From the NCBI RefSeq assembly GCF_000175255.2, contig NC_017262.1, positions 90,001 through 122,000 of the forward strand: DNA of 32,000 nt. The letters run 5' to 3'. Shown here piece after piece: positions 1-9,129 of this stretch (position 1 is the stretch's first letter; each line of letters begins with the position of its first letter). The notes under the pieces were generated by a model, which was given only the letters and a program-made list of their open reading frames with translations, made no database searches and was not told the origin of the DNA. The DNA is from Zymomonas mobilis subsp. mobilis ATCC 10988 (GTDB lineage: Bacteria > Pseudomonadota > Alphaproteobacteria > Sphingomonadales > Sphingomonadaceae). The translations under genes were made by a program, and so were the position numbers.

Positions 1-654
1 AACTCTTGGCCTTGGAAGGGGAATTTCGCGATCCAGACCAATCTGTCCCTTTTCAAGAGCGATGACACGGTCAGCTAAATAGACGGCTTCACTAACGTCA
101 TGGGTCACCAATAGAACCGTAAATTTTTGTTCAAGCCATAAGCTTTCAATAAGCTTTTGCATCTGAACACGGGTCAAGGCATCTAACGCACCCAAAGGTT
201 CATCCAGCAGAAGAATTTTGGGTTTCCCAGCCAAGGCTCTTGCAAGCGAAACGCGTTGACATTGACCGCCAGATAGAATCTCTGGCCACTCGTTTTCTTT
301 GTCCAGAAGGTTGACCGATTCCAAGGATTCACGGGCGGTCTTTTTATCTCGATCTTTGGCACCCAAACGAACATTGTCGAGAACGCTTCGCCAAGGTAAT
401 AATCGCGCTTCCTGAAAGAGATAGCGGACAGACGGATTTATTTTTCTTCTTTCTTTTCCATCAATCAGAAGCTGACCGGAAGTTGGGCGTTCCAGATGAG
501 AAATTAATCGTAAAAGGGTGCTTTTGCCGCAACCGCTTTCTCCGACCAAAGCCACAAATTGCCCTTCTGGAATCGCGATATCGACATCTTTTAAAACTTC
601 TACCGTTCCAAAATTTTTTCGTAATTTGGAAAGTTGGATAGATATCTTTTCCAT
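1..654 (-). CDS. ABC transporter ATP-binding protein, NitT/TauT (sulfonate/taurine/nitrate) family, SsuB-like; C-terminus runs off the window
   Basis: Absent from the ORF track because no stop lies in the window. Hand translation of the reverse strand from ATG (654-652) gives MEKISIQLSKLRKNFGTVEVLKDVDIAIPEGQFVALVGESGCGKSTLLRL... It has Walker A GESGCGKST, ABC signature LSGGQCQRVSLARA and Walker B ILLLDEP. The frame stays open to base 1. The ATG directly abuts the TAG stop (655-657) of the permease gene. Confidence 0.9.
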   Translation of the reverse strand, partial: MEKISIQLSKLRKNFGTVEVLKDVDIAIPEGQFVALVGESGCGKSTLLRLISHLERPTSGQLLIDGKERRKINPSVRYLFQEARLLPWRSVLDNVRLGAKDRDKKTARESLESVNLLDKENEWPEILSGGQCQRVSLARALAGKPKILLLDEPLGALDALTRVQMQKLIESLWLEQKFTVLLVTHDVSEAVYLADRVIALEKGQIGLDREIPLPRPRV

Positions 655-1488
655 CTAGCTTTCCTCCAAAATTTTTCTGTAATTTTGATGCCAGCGTAAA
701 AGATGCTTTTCGATTTTCGCAGCGGCAAAGTCTGAAAAACTGCCCAAAACCGCATAGATAATGAGAGTTAGAACGATAATATCGATCTGCATGAATTCCC
801 TGGCATTGGTCGCCATATAGCCAATGCCTGATTTGGCAGCCACGGTCTCAGCAACGATCAAGGTGATCCACATTCTGCCCAAAGACTGGCGAATTCCCAC
901 CATGATAGAAGGGGTTGCACCGGGGAAAATGATATTTTGAAAGGTCTCTCTATGGGTCAATCCATAGACTTTTCCCATTTCCAGCAATTTTTTGTCGATA
1001 TGGCGAATGCCATAAAAACTATTCAGATAAATCGGGAAAAAGCATCCCAAAGCAATCAATATAATTTTGGAAGTTTCTCCCAAGCCAAACCAGATTAAAA
1101 TAAGCGGCAACAAGGCAAGATGCGGCACGTTGCGGATCATCTGAATAGGCGTATTCAATATTTCTTCAGCTATTTTGAATTGGCCGTTCAAAACCCCCAG
1201 CAAAAATCCGATGCCACCACCGATAATAAATCCAGCGATAGCGCGCAGGCTGCTGACCCATAAATTATTCCAAAGAACGCCATTTTTTGTCAGTCTAACC
1301 GTTACATGCCAGACTGACTGGGGCGTCGGAAAAATACTTTCGCTATTCTGTCCTTGGGTAAGAAAAAACCATGCCAACAAGGCTATGATAGGAATCAGAC
1401 AGGGAAAGAGAAATCTATGCCATAGAATAGTCTCAATAGGGAGTGAATTTACCGATTTCAGCCTTAAATGAATCGTCGAAAATTTCAT
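655..1488 (-). CDS. ABC transporter permease, NitT/TauT family (SsuC/TauC-like)
   Basis: 277-aa ORF that is hydrophobic throughout. It contains the permease loop ...GRMWITLIVAETVAAKSGIGYMATNARE... typical of SsuC/TauC-type subunits. It is tightly packed with the downstream ATPase gene, and its start overlaps the 3' end of the binding-protein fragment. Confidence 0.9.
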   Translation of the reverse strand: MKFSTIHLRLKSVNSLPIETILWHRFLFPCLIPIIALLAWFFLTQGQNSESIFPTPQSVWHVTVRLTKNGVLWNNLWVSSLRAIAGFIIGGGIGFLLGVLNGQFKIAEEILNTPIQMIRNVPHLALLPLILIWFGLGETSKIILIALGCFFPIYLNSFYGIRHIDKKLLEMGKVYGLTHRETFQNIIFPGATPSIMVGIRQSLGRMWITLIVAETVAAKSGIGYMATNAREFMQIDIIVLTLIIYAVLGSFSDFAAAKIEKHLLRWHQNYRKILEES

Positions 1489-1819
1489 GGATATCCCCCC
1501 GATTATTTAATAATTTTAAATCATGGAAGGTATCCGCTATGTCTTTTTCAGAAGAGATTGTTTTTTCATCTATCGGTGCCACTCTCGAATGGGATTGTTT
1601 GTTTTCTTGATTTAAAATCTGAAGGAAATCTTCTGGGGTCTGATTATTTTCATTGCTGTAAATTTCGGACCATTCTTCAGGATGTTCTCTCGCCCATTCA
1701 TTGGCTTCGTGATAACGGGCAAGATAATCAACAAGAGCGGCGTGTTTTTTGGGATCATTGATGGCGGCTGGTGTGGCATACCAATAATAATCACCAGACA
1801 GAATTTTCTCTGCGGATTC
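1433..1819 (-). pseudogene. 3' fragment (last 129 codons) of an SsuA-like periplasmic substrate-binding protein gene, truncated by the IS
   Basis: Hand translation of the reverse strand from 1819 gives ESAEKILSGDYYWYATPAAINDPKKHAALVDYLARYHEANEWAREHPEEWSEIY...EKDIADTFHDLKLLNNRGDIHEIFDDSFKAEIGKFTPY*. This resembles the C-terminal lobe of SsuA/TauA-type binding proteins. There is no start codon, signal peptide or N-terminal lobe, and the frame runs straight into the IS end at 1822. Its position upstream of permease and ATPase fits the usual ssuACB order. Confidence 0.7.
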
Positions 1820-1821
1820 TA

Positions 1822-2668
1822 GGCTCAGGACTCATTCTTTGAGATAGAAGATGAAACTTGCTGCGATATGGATTGCTGACATGAATGTGTGAGCGCACCG
1901 GTCGTATCGTGTTGCGACACGCCGCCAGTCTTTGAGCTTTGCGAACATATTTTCGATGAGGTGACGCTTTTTATACAGATGCCAGTCGTAAGGCGGCTTT
2001 GATTTCCGGTTCTTCTTCGGCGGAATACAGGCGGTGATATTCCGGTCTGCGAGAGACTGTCTGATTTTATTACTGTCGTATCCCCGGTCCCCGAGAATTT
2101 CTTGTGTTTCTTCCGGCAGATTTGCCAGCAGAACATCCGCGCCTTTGAAGTCACTGACCTGACCTGCGGTCAGATGCAGCCGGACAGGGCGGCCCTGACT
2201 ATCGCATACAGCGTGAAGCTTTGAGTTCAGTCCGCCTTTCGTGCGTCCGATATGGCGGGGAAAAGCCCCTTTTTGAGCAGGGAGGCCGCTGTCCGGTGTG
2301 CTTTCAGATGTGTTGCATCGATCATCAGACGCTTCGAACGGCCTGCCTGCTCCGTCAGGGCGACGAAGATCCGGTCAAAGACACCCAGGCGGCTCCACCG
2401 GATAAACCGGTTGTATAAAGTCTTGTGCGGGCCATACGCTTTCGGGGCGTCTTTCCACTGAAGGCCGTTGCGGATCACGTAAACGATCCCGCTCAGGACA
2501 CGACGGTCATCGACACGCGGCACACCATGCGCCAGTGGAAAAAACGGCTTAATCCGTTCCATCTGGTGCTCAGACAGCAAAAACACGTCACTCACAGCTT
2601 CACCTCCATCGGTAAACCTGTGAATCACAACAGCCCGCTCAACTCAAGAAATTAACAGGTCCTGAGCC
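1822..2668 (-). mobile_element. IS5-family insertion sequence (IS427 group), copy A, 847 bp
   Basis: Termini are GGCTCAGGAC...GTCCTGAGCC, a 10-bp perfect terminal inverted repeat with further imperfect matches. TA lies on both flanks (1820-1821 and 2669-2670) in a CTAG context. It carries a two-frame DDE transposase. Every ORF-track protein inside it is identical to those of the copy at 16813-17659, in the opposite orientation. Confidence 0.9.
1832..2628 (-). CDS. IS5/IS427-group DDE transposase, orfA-orfB joined by a probable -1 frameshift
   Basis: orfA (2227-2628) encodes ...FLLSEHQMERIKPFFPLAHGVPRVDDRRVLSGIVYVIRNGLQWKDAP...MIDATHLKAHRTAASLLKKG. The -1 frame continues GAFPRHIGRTKGGLNSKLHAVCDSQGRPVRLHLTAGQVSDFKGADVLL...ILGDRGYDSNKIRQ...KKRHLIENMFAKLKDWRRVATRYDR...FYLKE*. 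The DDE residues lie in IDATH, GDRGYD and LIENMF. The slippery run is T5 on the + strand at 2270-2274. A GTG preceded by GGAGG, at the position equivalent to 16886 in copy B, is a likelier start than the first ATG. Confidence 0.85.
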
Positions 2669-3619
2669 TAGGGTAATGGAGGCACCGCCGTTATGGTCAA
2701 TCGTATAACCATAGGTATCATTGCTGATATGGTTGTTATTTTTTGTCGGGGTGATCGCTTCATTTTTCAAAGCAGCCTGTAGCGCGGCATTATTTGTCAC
2801 TTTCCCAGAGGGATAAGCCGTTTTTGCAGACGAAACAAAAATGCCATTTGGGACATTGTCGTTGGAATAAATATAATCCAATCCCAAAGTCACTTTTGTT
2901 CGGTCACTCGGCGTCCACAGGAATTTGGTTCTTCCACCCCGATGCTTATAGCCGTTGACCGTGTTTCCTAAAAAATCATTATGGACATTGCCATCGAAAC
3001 CACTCACCAGAAAAGACGCATTAGCGGCCAGCTTATCTTTGATAATGCCACCGGAAATACCGCCCGAAATTCGGTATTCATTCCCTGAAAAATAAGAAGC
3101 CTCCCCAAAACCATGGAAGTCTTGGGTCGGGGCAGCTGTCACAATATTGATAAGTCCAGCCGACGCATTTTTCCCAAAACGGGTGCCTTGGGGGCCTTTT
3201 AAAACATCAATATGATCAACATCCAAAATGTCAGATGTGGCCTGTGCGCCTCGGGATAACACAACGCCATCAATAACCGTCGAAACAGAAGGCTCTAACC
3301 CGCGGGAATGGGCAACGGTGCCGATACCTCTGATAAAAATCGATCTATCTTTTGAAGAAGGAGCCGCACTAAAACTGGCAGAAGGAATAAAAGCCAACAT
3401 ACCCTGAAGATCGTGGACATTCAGCTTCTTGACCTGCTCTTTTGTAAAAACCGAAGTCGAAATCGGTGTCTTTTGATTGACCTCAAATCGACTTTTTGCC
3501 GTCACCTGAATCGTTTGTTTGTCTTCTGATACCTTGTTATCAGATGCCTTTGCATAAATAGGCGTCGATAAAGGACAGGCTATTATCAAAGATGACGCTA
3601 TAGCCAATTTTCTTCTCAT
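2669..3619 (-). pseudogene. TonB-dependent receptor, N-terminal about 317 codons only (signal peptide, plug, first barrel strands), truncated by the IS
   Basis: The likely start is MRRKLAIASSLIIACPLSTPIYA (ATG at 3619, GGAGG-rich RBS upstream). A TonB-box-like QTIQVTA is present, as are the plug motifs IFIRGIG and VLKGPQGTRFGKNASAGLINIVT. The reading frame leaves the native sequence at 2669 and ends inside the IS (tail GSGPVNFLS*, stop at 2639). Full-length receptors of this family are roughly twice this length or more. Confidence 0.8.
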
Positions 3620-4218
3620 GGGTTCCCCCCTCCTCCGGTCCCTCAACCTCCCTAAAATGATTTCCTTCACTGACTTTAAAGACAACAAACAATTTATTTA
3701 ATCACAGTAAATTATTCTTTCATTTTATATTTTGGTAATTTTAAAATCTTCGGAAAAGGGGAAATTCTTGCGGGAAAAAATAGATGAAATTTTCGAGAAA
3801 TTTTTCTTTTTCATTTTTCCTAAAAATTAAAATTTTTACTTAAAAAATAACTTTAATTTAAACTTAAAATAAAGAATGAATTAAAAATTTAGATTTAAAT
3901 TCCAAATTGCTTTTAAAAAAAGAAATGGATTTTTATGGCAAAATCAAAAGAAAATGATCTGATACCGGAATGGTGAAATCAGGCTTGGACATTGATAAAT
4001 AGATATCTAAAAACGCATTATTTGATAAGGAAATATCCTCCTTTTGTGCCATACCGCCCATATTTTACGACAGATTTTTCTTCTGGAAATAATCCAAAAG
4101 ACATAAAAGCACGGATAATATCGGAAGATTTTTGGAAAAATGATAAAGCCCTGATTGTGGGTCAATCTATCTTATTTTTGTTTTTTAAGGGATAAAGAAT
4201 GCCAAGGATAACCATCCT

Positions 4219-4935
4219 ATGATAAGACTTGCAAATCCCCATTTTTTTCTATCCCTAAGCCGAAAATTAACGCCATGGCTTGGCCTTGCGGGTATTCTTT
4301 TCAGCCTCGCTGGCATTATCGGCGGCTTATTCGTGACCCCGCCTGATTATTTACAGGGGGAAACCGTCCGTATTCTCTATATCCATGTGCCAACCGCATG
4401 GCTTGCCATGGGTGGCTGGAGCAGTATTGCCTTGGCCTCTTTGGTGCAATTTATCTGGCGACATCCTTTGGCGGGCATTGCTGCCAAATCCATGGCTCTA
4501 CCGGGGGCAATTTTTACAGGACTTTGCCTTATGACCGGCTCAATCTGGGGAAGACCCACTTGGGGAACATGGTGGGAATGGGATGGTCGTCTGACCTCTG
4601 TTCTGGTGCTTTTCTTTCTCTATCTTGGCTATATCGCTTTATCCCGATCAGTCAGCAATTACAGCACAACCTCGCGCATACCGGCAATTTACGCCTTACT
4701 CGGTGCGATCAATTTGCCGATCATTCATTATTCTGTTTTGTGGTGGCGCACACTCCATCAAGGCCAAAGTATCAGCCTTACCCATTCTTCCATTGATCCA
4801 TCGCTTTTATGGCCGCTGCCTTTGACTTTGATCGGCTTTTCCTGTCTCTTTGCGCTTATAACTCTTTTCAGGATGCGTCTTTTGCTTGCCAATGCCCAAT
4901 ATGAAGCTCGTCTCCGGCGGATGGCTGCCTTATGA
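4219..4935 (+). CDS. ccmC: Heme exporter protein CcmC
   Basis: 238-aa polytopic membrane protein with the tryptophan-rich WWD motif WGRPTWGTWWEWDGRLTS and flanking conserved His residues. It is the first gene of a contiguous ccm cluster. Confidence 0.95.
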   Translation: MIRLANPHFFLSLSRKLTPWLGLAGILFSLAGIIGGLFVTPPDYLQGETVRILYIHVPTAWLAMGGWSSIALASLVQFIWRHPLAGIAAKSMALPGAIFTGLCLMTGSIWGRPTWGTWWEWDGRLTSVLVLFFLYLGYIALSRSVSNYSTTSRIPAIYALLGAINLPIIHYSVLWWRTLHQGQSISLTHSSIDPSLLWPLPLTLIGFSCLFALITLFRMRLLLANAQYEARLRRMAAL

Positions 4936-5096
4936 ATACGGCATCCCACCAATGGCCTTTTGTGATTGCGGCCTACAGCCTTGTTATAACCGTCACGCTT
5001 ATCGCTTTATTCGGTAGTTGGTATCAGATGCGGCGGGCAGAAAAACGTCTGATGAAACTAAGCCGAGCAAAAAAAGATTCACCGCGCAAGGCCTGA
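4932..5096 (+). CDS. ccmD: Heme exporter protein CcmD (54 aa)
   Basis: Too short for the ORF track. Hand translation gives MNTASHQWPFVIAAYSLVITVTLIALFGSWYQMRRAEKRLMKLSRAKKDSPRKA*. It has a single TM helix followed by a basic tail. Its ATG overlaps the ccmC stop (ATGA at 4932-4935). It sits in the canonical position between ccmC and ccmE. Confidence 0.75.
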   Translation: MNTASHQWPFVIAAYSLVITVTLIALFGSWYQMRRAEKRLMKLSRAKKDSPRKA

Positions 5097-5119
5097 CCCA
5101 AAATAGACGGAGATATAAA

Positions 5120-5560
5120 GTGCAAGCCAAACATCAACGGCTTATTCTGGGGATTATCGCGCTTGCGGCGGTTATAGCTGCCGGTTTTTTGGCACTTGTC
5201 GCCTTTAAAAAGCAGGCTGCCTATTTCTTCACGCCCACAGATGCCGTCAAGGCGCATCTGCCCGTAAACCGGAATATCCGCTTGGGAGGAATGGTCGAAC
5301 GCGGCTCGCTCATCCGTGAAAAAGACGGGGTAACCATCCATTTTCGGGTGACGGACGGTTACCAGAAAATTGCGGTTTCCTATCGCGGAATAGTGCCAGA
5401 CCTTTTTCGGGAAGGTTCCGGCGTGGTCGCTGACGGTCATTTTGACCCATCCGGCTCTTTCATGGCTGAAACCATCCTCGCCAAACATGACGAACGCTAC
5501 ATGCCGCCGGTGACTCAACAGCAGGCGGCCGCGACCCAAACGACATTACAGGAAAAATGA
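5120..5560 (+). CDS. ccmE: Cytochrome c-type biogenesis heme chaperone CcmE
   Basis: It has an N-terminal membrane anchor and an OB-fold region. The heme-binding motif LAKHDERYMPP carries the His of HxxxY. I prefer the GTG at 5120, preceded by GGAGA, to the TTG at 5018. The longer form would overlap all of ccmD and add a non-conserved 34-aa extension. Confidence 0.9.
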   Translation: MQAKHQRLILGIIALAAVIAAGFLALVAFKKQAAYFFTPTDAVKAHLPVNRNIRLGGMVERGSLIREKDGVTIHFRVTDGYQKIAVSYRGIVPDLFREGSGVVADGHFDPSGSFMAETILAKHDERYMPPVTQQQAAATQTTLQEK

Positions 5561-5561
5561 T

Positions 5562-7508
5562 GTGATTGCCGAATCCGGTCTTATCTTTTTGTGGCTCGCC
5601 GCCATGATGGCCTTGTTGCAAGGCCTCTTTGGCCTGTCTGTTCTGAATAATCGCCTTGATGACGTCTTCTCCGGTGCCGTCAAAATAACAGCCCTTATCC
5701 AAGCCGCCTTGGCGCTATCCGCTTTTGCAATGCTGCTTTGGTTGTTTATGCGGGTGGATTTATCGGTAACCTTGGTCGCTGAAAACGATCATTGGGCAAA
5801 ACCGATGCTTTATCGTGTGGCTGCCAGTTGGGGCAATCACGAAGGTTCAATGCTGCTTTGGGTCACTATTCTCAGCTTTTGCGGGGCTTTGCTTGCGCTT
5901 TTTGGCGGGAAGATCGACCAGAAATTATTATCTTTGGCTTTGGGATCGCAAGCCTTTCTAGCCTTAGGCTTTTTTGCCTTTTTGCTCTTTGTTTCCAATC
6001 CTTTCGCTCGCCTCAATCCACCTGCGACAGAAGGCCTTGGCTTAAATCCGCTGTTACAAGACCCGGGATTGGCCTTTCATCCTCCAACGCTTTATCTTGG
6101 CTATGTCGGCCTATCGGTCGCTTTTTCTTTTGCGGTCGCCGCTTTACTGACAGGGAAAGCAGATCGTGCCTTTGCGAAAGCCATGCGCATTTGGGTTCTA
6201 GGCGCTTGGGTTTTTCTGACTATCGGCATTACCGCAGGCAGCTATTGGGCATATTACGAATTGGGCTGGGGCGGCTTCTGGTTCTGGGACCCTGTTGAAA
6301 ATGCCGCTTTGATGCCGTGGCTCGCCGCTACCGCCTTGTTCCATTCCGTTTCCGTCCTCGCCAAAAGGGATTCTTTACGGGTCTGGACATTGGTCTTGGC
6401 TGTTACCGCTTTTTCAATGAGCATGATCGGCACTTTTCTGGTGCGTTCCGGTATTCTGGTCAGTGTTCATGCCTTTGCGGTTGATCCATGGCGGGGCAGT
6501 TTTATCCTTGGCTTGCTTGGGCTTTATATCGGTGGTGCCTTAGCCCTGTTTGCGCTTCGGATCGCTAAAATCCACCAAGGCAATCATTTTATTCTACCCA
6601 GCCGTGAAGCCGGTTTGGTGCTGAATAATCTTTTCCTCGGCGTCATTTTGGCAATCGTGCTGATTGGCACGCTCTATCCTCTTTTGGCGGAAATGATGAA
6701 CGGAGAAAAACTATCCGTCGGCGCGCCTTATTTTAATATGATTATCACGCCGCTGGCCTTGCTTCTCTGCCTTTTGATGCCTTTCGGTACATTACTCCGC
6801 TGGAAACAAGACCGTTGGGCAAGTCTCAAATGGCCGCTTCTGGTCGGGGCAGGGCTATTCATCCTGACAGAAGTCATTCTTGCCTTAAAAGGCCTGTTCT
6901 CAACCGCACCTCTTGCCTCAATTTCTTTGGGCGTTGCGGTGATGGTAGGGCTTCTTTGCCTCTGGCCACTCCTCCGGCAAAAGACCATCCATCTCAATTT
7001 ATGGGGCATGGTGCTGGCGCATCTTGGCATTGCGATAACTTTAGGCGGTATTGCGTCAGATACACTTTTTTCTCAAGAATTGCTCACCGCCCTCAAACCG
7101 CAACAAACGGCGCGTTTGGGTGATTGGCAACTGCATTTCGACAGGGTAATGCCCGATCTTGGTTCGGATTGGACAGCGATTGTCGCCGATATCCGCCTCG
7201 AAAGAAACGGACAATCTTTTACCCTTCATCCAGCTTTGCGGCATTTTACCAATCCTGTCACGGATACCAGTGAAACCGCCCTTAAAACAACAAAGGCCGG
7301 TCAACTCTATCTGGTATTGGGACAACAGGCCGAAGATGGTCGCTGGCAAATTCGTGCTTGGTGGAAACCTTTGGTAACGCTTATCTGGGATGGCGGTTTC
7401 CTAACCGCTTTCGGCGGCATACTGATCCTGCTGGATAGGCTTTTGCGCTATCTCCAGAAACGCCGTTATCAAAATCGCCCCGATGAAAGACAAAGGCTGT
7501 CTTTATGA
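5562..7508 (+). CDS. ccmF: Cytochrome c heme lyase subunit CcmF
   Basis: 648-aa polytopic membrane protein with the WWD motif WGGFWFWDPVENA. GTG start one base after the ccmE stop. Confidence 0.95.
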   Translation: MIAESGLIFLWLAAMMALLQGLFGLSVLNNRLDDVFSGAVKITALIQAALALSAFAMLLWLFMRVDLSVTLVAENDHWAKPMLYRVAASWGNHEGSMLLWVTILSFCGALLALFGGKIDQKLLSLALGSQAFLALGFFAFLLFVSNPFARLNPPATEGLGLNPLLQDPGLAFHPPTLYLGYVGLSVAFSFAVAALLTGKADRAFAKAMRIWVLGAWVFLTIGITAGSYWAYYELGWGGFWFWDPVENAALMPWLAATALFHSVSVLAKRDSLRVWTLVLAVTAFSMSMIGTFLVRSGILVSVHAFAVDPWRGSFILGLLGLYIGGALALFALRIAKIHQGNHFILPSREAGLVLNNLFLGVILAIVLIGTLYPLLAEMMNGEKLSVGAPYFNMIITPLALLLCLLMPFGTLLRWKQDRWASLKWPLLVGAGLFILTEVILALKGLFSTAPLASISLGVAVMVGLLCLWPLLRQKTIHLNLWGMVLAHLGIAITLGGIASDTLFSQELLTALKPQQTARLGDWQLHFDRVMPDLGSDWTAIVADIRLERNGQSFTLHPALRHFTNPVTDTSETALKTTKAGQLYLVLGQQAEDGRWQIRAWWKPLVTLIWDGGFLTAFGGILILLDRLLRYLQKRRYQNRPDERQRLSL

Positions 7509-8035
7509 AAACATGGCTAAAATGGCTGCCTTTTATTGGCTTTGCCGCTTGCTTCCTGTTTTTTCGACTAGCATTATCGCATCCTGAAAATACGGTGGTG
7601 CCTTCAAAACAGATTGGCAAAGCGCTCCCCGAATTTCAATTACCAGCGGTCTTGCCTGATATCGCAGGGGTCAATAGCCGTGAAATGAAAAACGGCCAGC
7701 CGCATTTTCTCAATATTTTTGCCAGTTGGTGCCTGCCTTGCGCCGAAGAAAGCGGCAGCCTCATGGCTATTCACGAAGCGGGCATTCCGATTATGGCGAT
7801 TGCCATTCGGGATAAACCGGCTGACATCACCCGTTTTCTCAATCGCTATGGTAATCCCTATCAGGCCATCGGTATAGATCAGGGCAGCCAGATACAATTA
7901 GCTATCGGCTCTTCTGGCGTTCCTGAAAGCTTTCTGATCGATGGGCAGGGGGTTATCCGTTACCAGCATATTGGTGCCGTCACTGAAAAGGATTTGCCAC
8001 AGCTTATGAGCATCTGGAGGCAGATAACCGCATGA
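7505..8035 (+). CDS. ccmG: Periplasmic thiol:disulfide oxidoreductase CcmG/DsbE
   Basis: N-terminal anchor, thioredoxin fold and active site SWCLPC. ATGA overlap with ccmF. Confidence 0.9.
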   Translation: MKTWLKWLPFIGFAACFLFFRLALSHPENTVVPSKQIGKALPEFQLPAVLPDIAGVNSREMKNGQPHFLNIFASWCLPCAEESGSLMAIHEAGIPIMAIAIRDKPADITRFLNRYGNPYQAIGIDQGSQIQLAIGSSGVPESFLIDGQGVIRYQHIGAVTEKDLPQLMSIWRQITA

Positions 8036-8460
8036 CATGGCTTAAACCCCTTGGGGCATTTATGGCTTTTCTGTTTCTCGCGGTGCCACTGACCGCTTTT
8101 GTGACGGCGGAGCAGCCCGCCGATCCTTATGCCGAACAGCCGCTTCAAAATCCGGTGCAAGAAAATCAGGCACAAGATTTGATGCACACACTTCGTTGTC
8201 TGGTTTGCCAAGGCCAATCCATCGCCGATTCCAATGCGGCAATGGCGGCCGATATGCGGGCAATTGTCCGTCATGACATTGAAAAAGGCTGGTCACCGGA
8301 AGAAGTGCGCCGTTGGTTTATCGACCGCTATGGCGATTGGGTCAGCTATAAACCGACATGGTCAAAAAGAAGCTGGCCATTATGGATTTTACCGCTTGTC
8401 GTTTTGTCGGCGGGGCTCTTTTTCATCATCCGCTTGTTCAGAAAAGAAGATAAAGAATGA
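8032..8460 (+). CDS. ccmH: Cytochrome c-type biogenesis protein CcmH
   Basis: Signal peptide, LRCLVCQGQSIADSNA (the LRCxxC motif) and a C-terminal TM segment. ATGA overlap with ccmG. Confidence 0.9.
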   Translation: MTWLKPLGAFMAFLFLAVPLTAFVTAEQPADPYAEQPLQNPVQENQAQDLMHTLRCLVCQGQSIADSNAAMAADMRAIVRHDIEKGWSPEEVRRWFIDRYGDWVSYKPTWSKRSWPLWILPLVVLSAGLFFIIRLFRKEDKE

Positions 8461-9098
8461 ATGGCTGGATTATCGCTTTTTCGCTGGCAGTCTTGCTTTT
8501 CCTGCTTTGTTGGAAGACGGCACGTTTTTCTTCTATGGCCTTGCAAGCCTTAGCGGCTGCCCTTTGTTTTGGCCTTGCGGGTTATGCATGGCAGGGTAGC
8601 CCTTTTCTCAAAGGCCACGCCGCCGAAGCACCGGAAGAAAATGGCCAAAAAGACGACCCGTTCATTACAGACCGTGGAATGTTCTTTTCGCGCTATGGCG
8701 AGGATGCCCGCGCCTTGATTACTTCTGATGCCTTCATTAAACAGGGGCAATATGCCTATGCGGTTGGCTGGCTGAAAAGCGAAATCAACCAACGACCGAA
8801 TAGCGCTATGCTCTGGACTGCTCTCGGGGATGCCCTTGTTCAGGCTTCTGACGGACATCTTGTTCCAGCAGCCAAACTCTCTTTCGAGCAGGCCGAAAAA
8901 TTGGCACCCCAAGCCGCAGGCCCCGCTTATTTTCATGCTGTTGCCTTACTGGGCGAAGGTCATCTGGATGAAACGCTGGCTATCTGGCACCGTCTCTTGA
9001 CAGACGCGCCGGAAAAGGCTGCTTGGCGCCATAATATCGAAGAAAGAATGGCTATTCTTGAAAGGCTGAAAAGCAGCCTGTCCGATGAAAGTCATTAA
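8457..9098 (+). CDS. ccmI: CcmI/CycH-like TPR protein (apocytochrome c chaperone subunit)
   Basis: Two N-terminal TM helices followed by a TPR-like helical region. ATGA overlap with ccmH, and it is the last gene of the cluster. The assignment rests on position and architecture, not on a diagnostic motif. Confidence 0.6.
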   Translation: MNGWIIAFSLAVLLFLLCWKTARFSSMALQALAAALCFGLAGYAWQGSPFLKGHAAEAPEENGQKDDPFITDRGMFFSRYGEDARALITSDAFIKQGQYAYAVGWLKSEINQRPNSAMLWTALGDALVQASDGHLVPAAKLSFEQAEKLAPQAAGPAYFHAVALLGEGHLDETLAIWHRLLTDAPEKAAWRHNIEERMAILERLKSSLSDESH

Positions 9099-9129
9099 AT
9101 ATTCATGTTGTTTTTTTGAGGGGGATTAA

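Noticed and set aside
1825-2655. Extra ORFs inside the IS (109, 76, 69 and 65 aa, mirrored at 16826-17656)
   Set aside because: The 109-aa ORF is the wrong frame of the orfB region; the true DDE frame is the one I translated by hand. The others are antisense to the transposase. None shows protein-like features.
3950-3970. Fur-box-like GAAAATGATCTGATACC upstream of the TonB-dependent receptor gene
   Set aside because: Only the first 9 of 19 positions fit GATAATGATAATCATTATC, and the second half does not match.
3992-4195. Intergenic ORFs 3992-4195, 15209-15424, 19174-19365 and 30231-30452 (63-73 aa)
   Set aside because: All lie in AT-rich promoter or leader regions and lack a spaced RBS. Their low-complexity, Lys/Phe/Ile-rich composition is typical of random AT-rich frames. 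I recognise no family in any of them.
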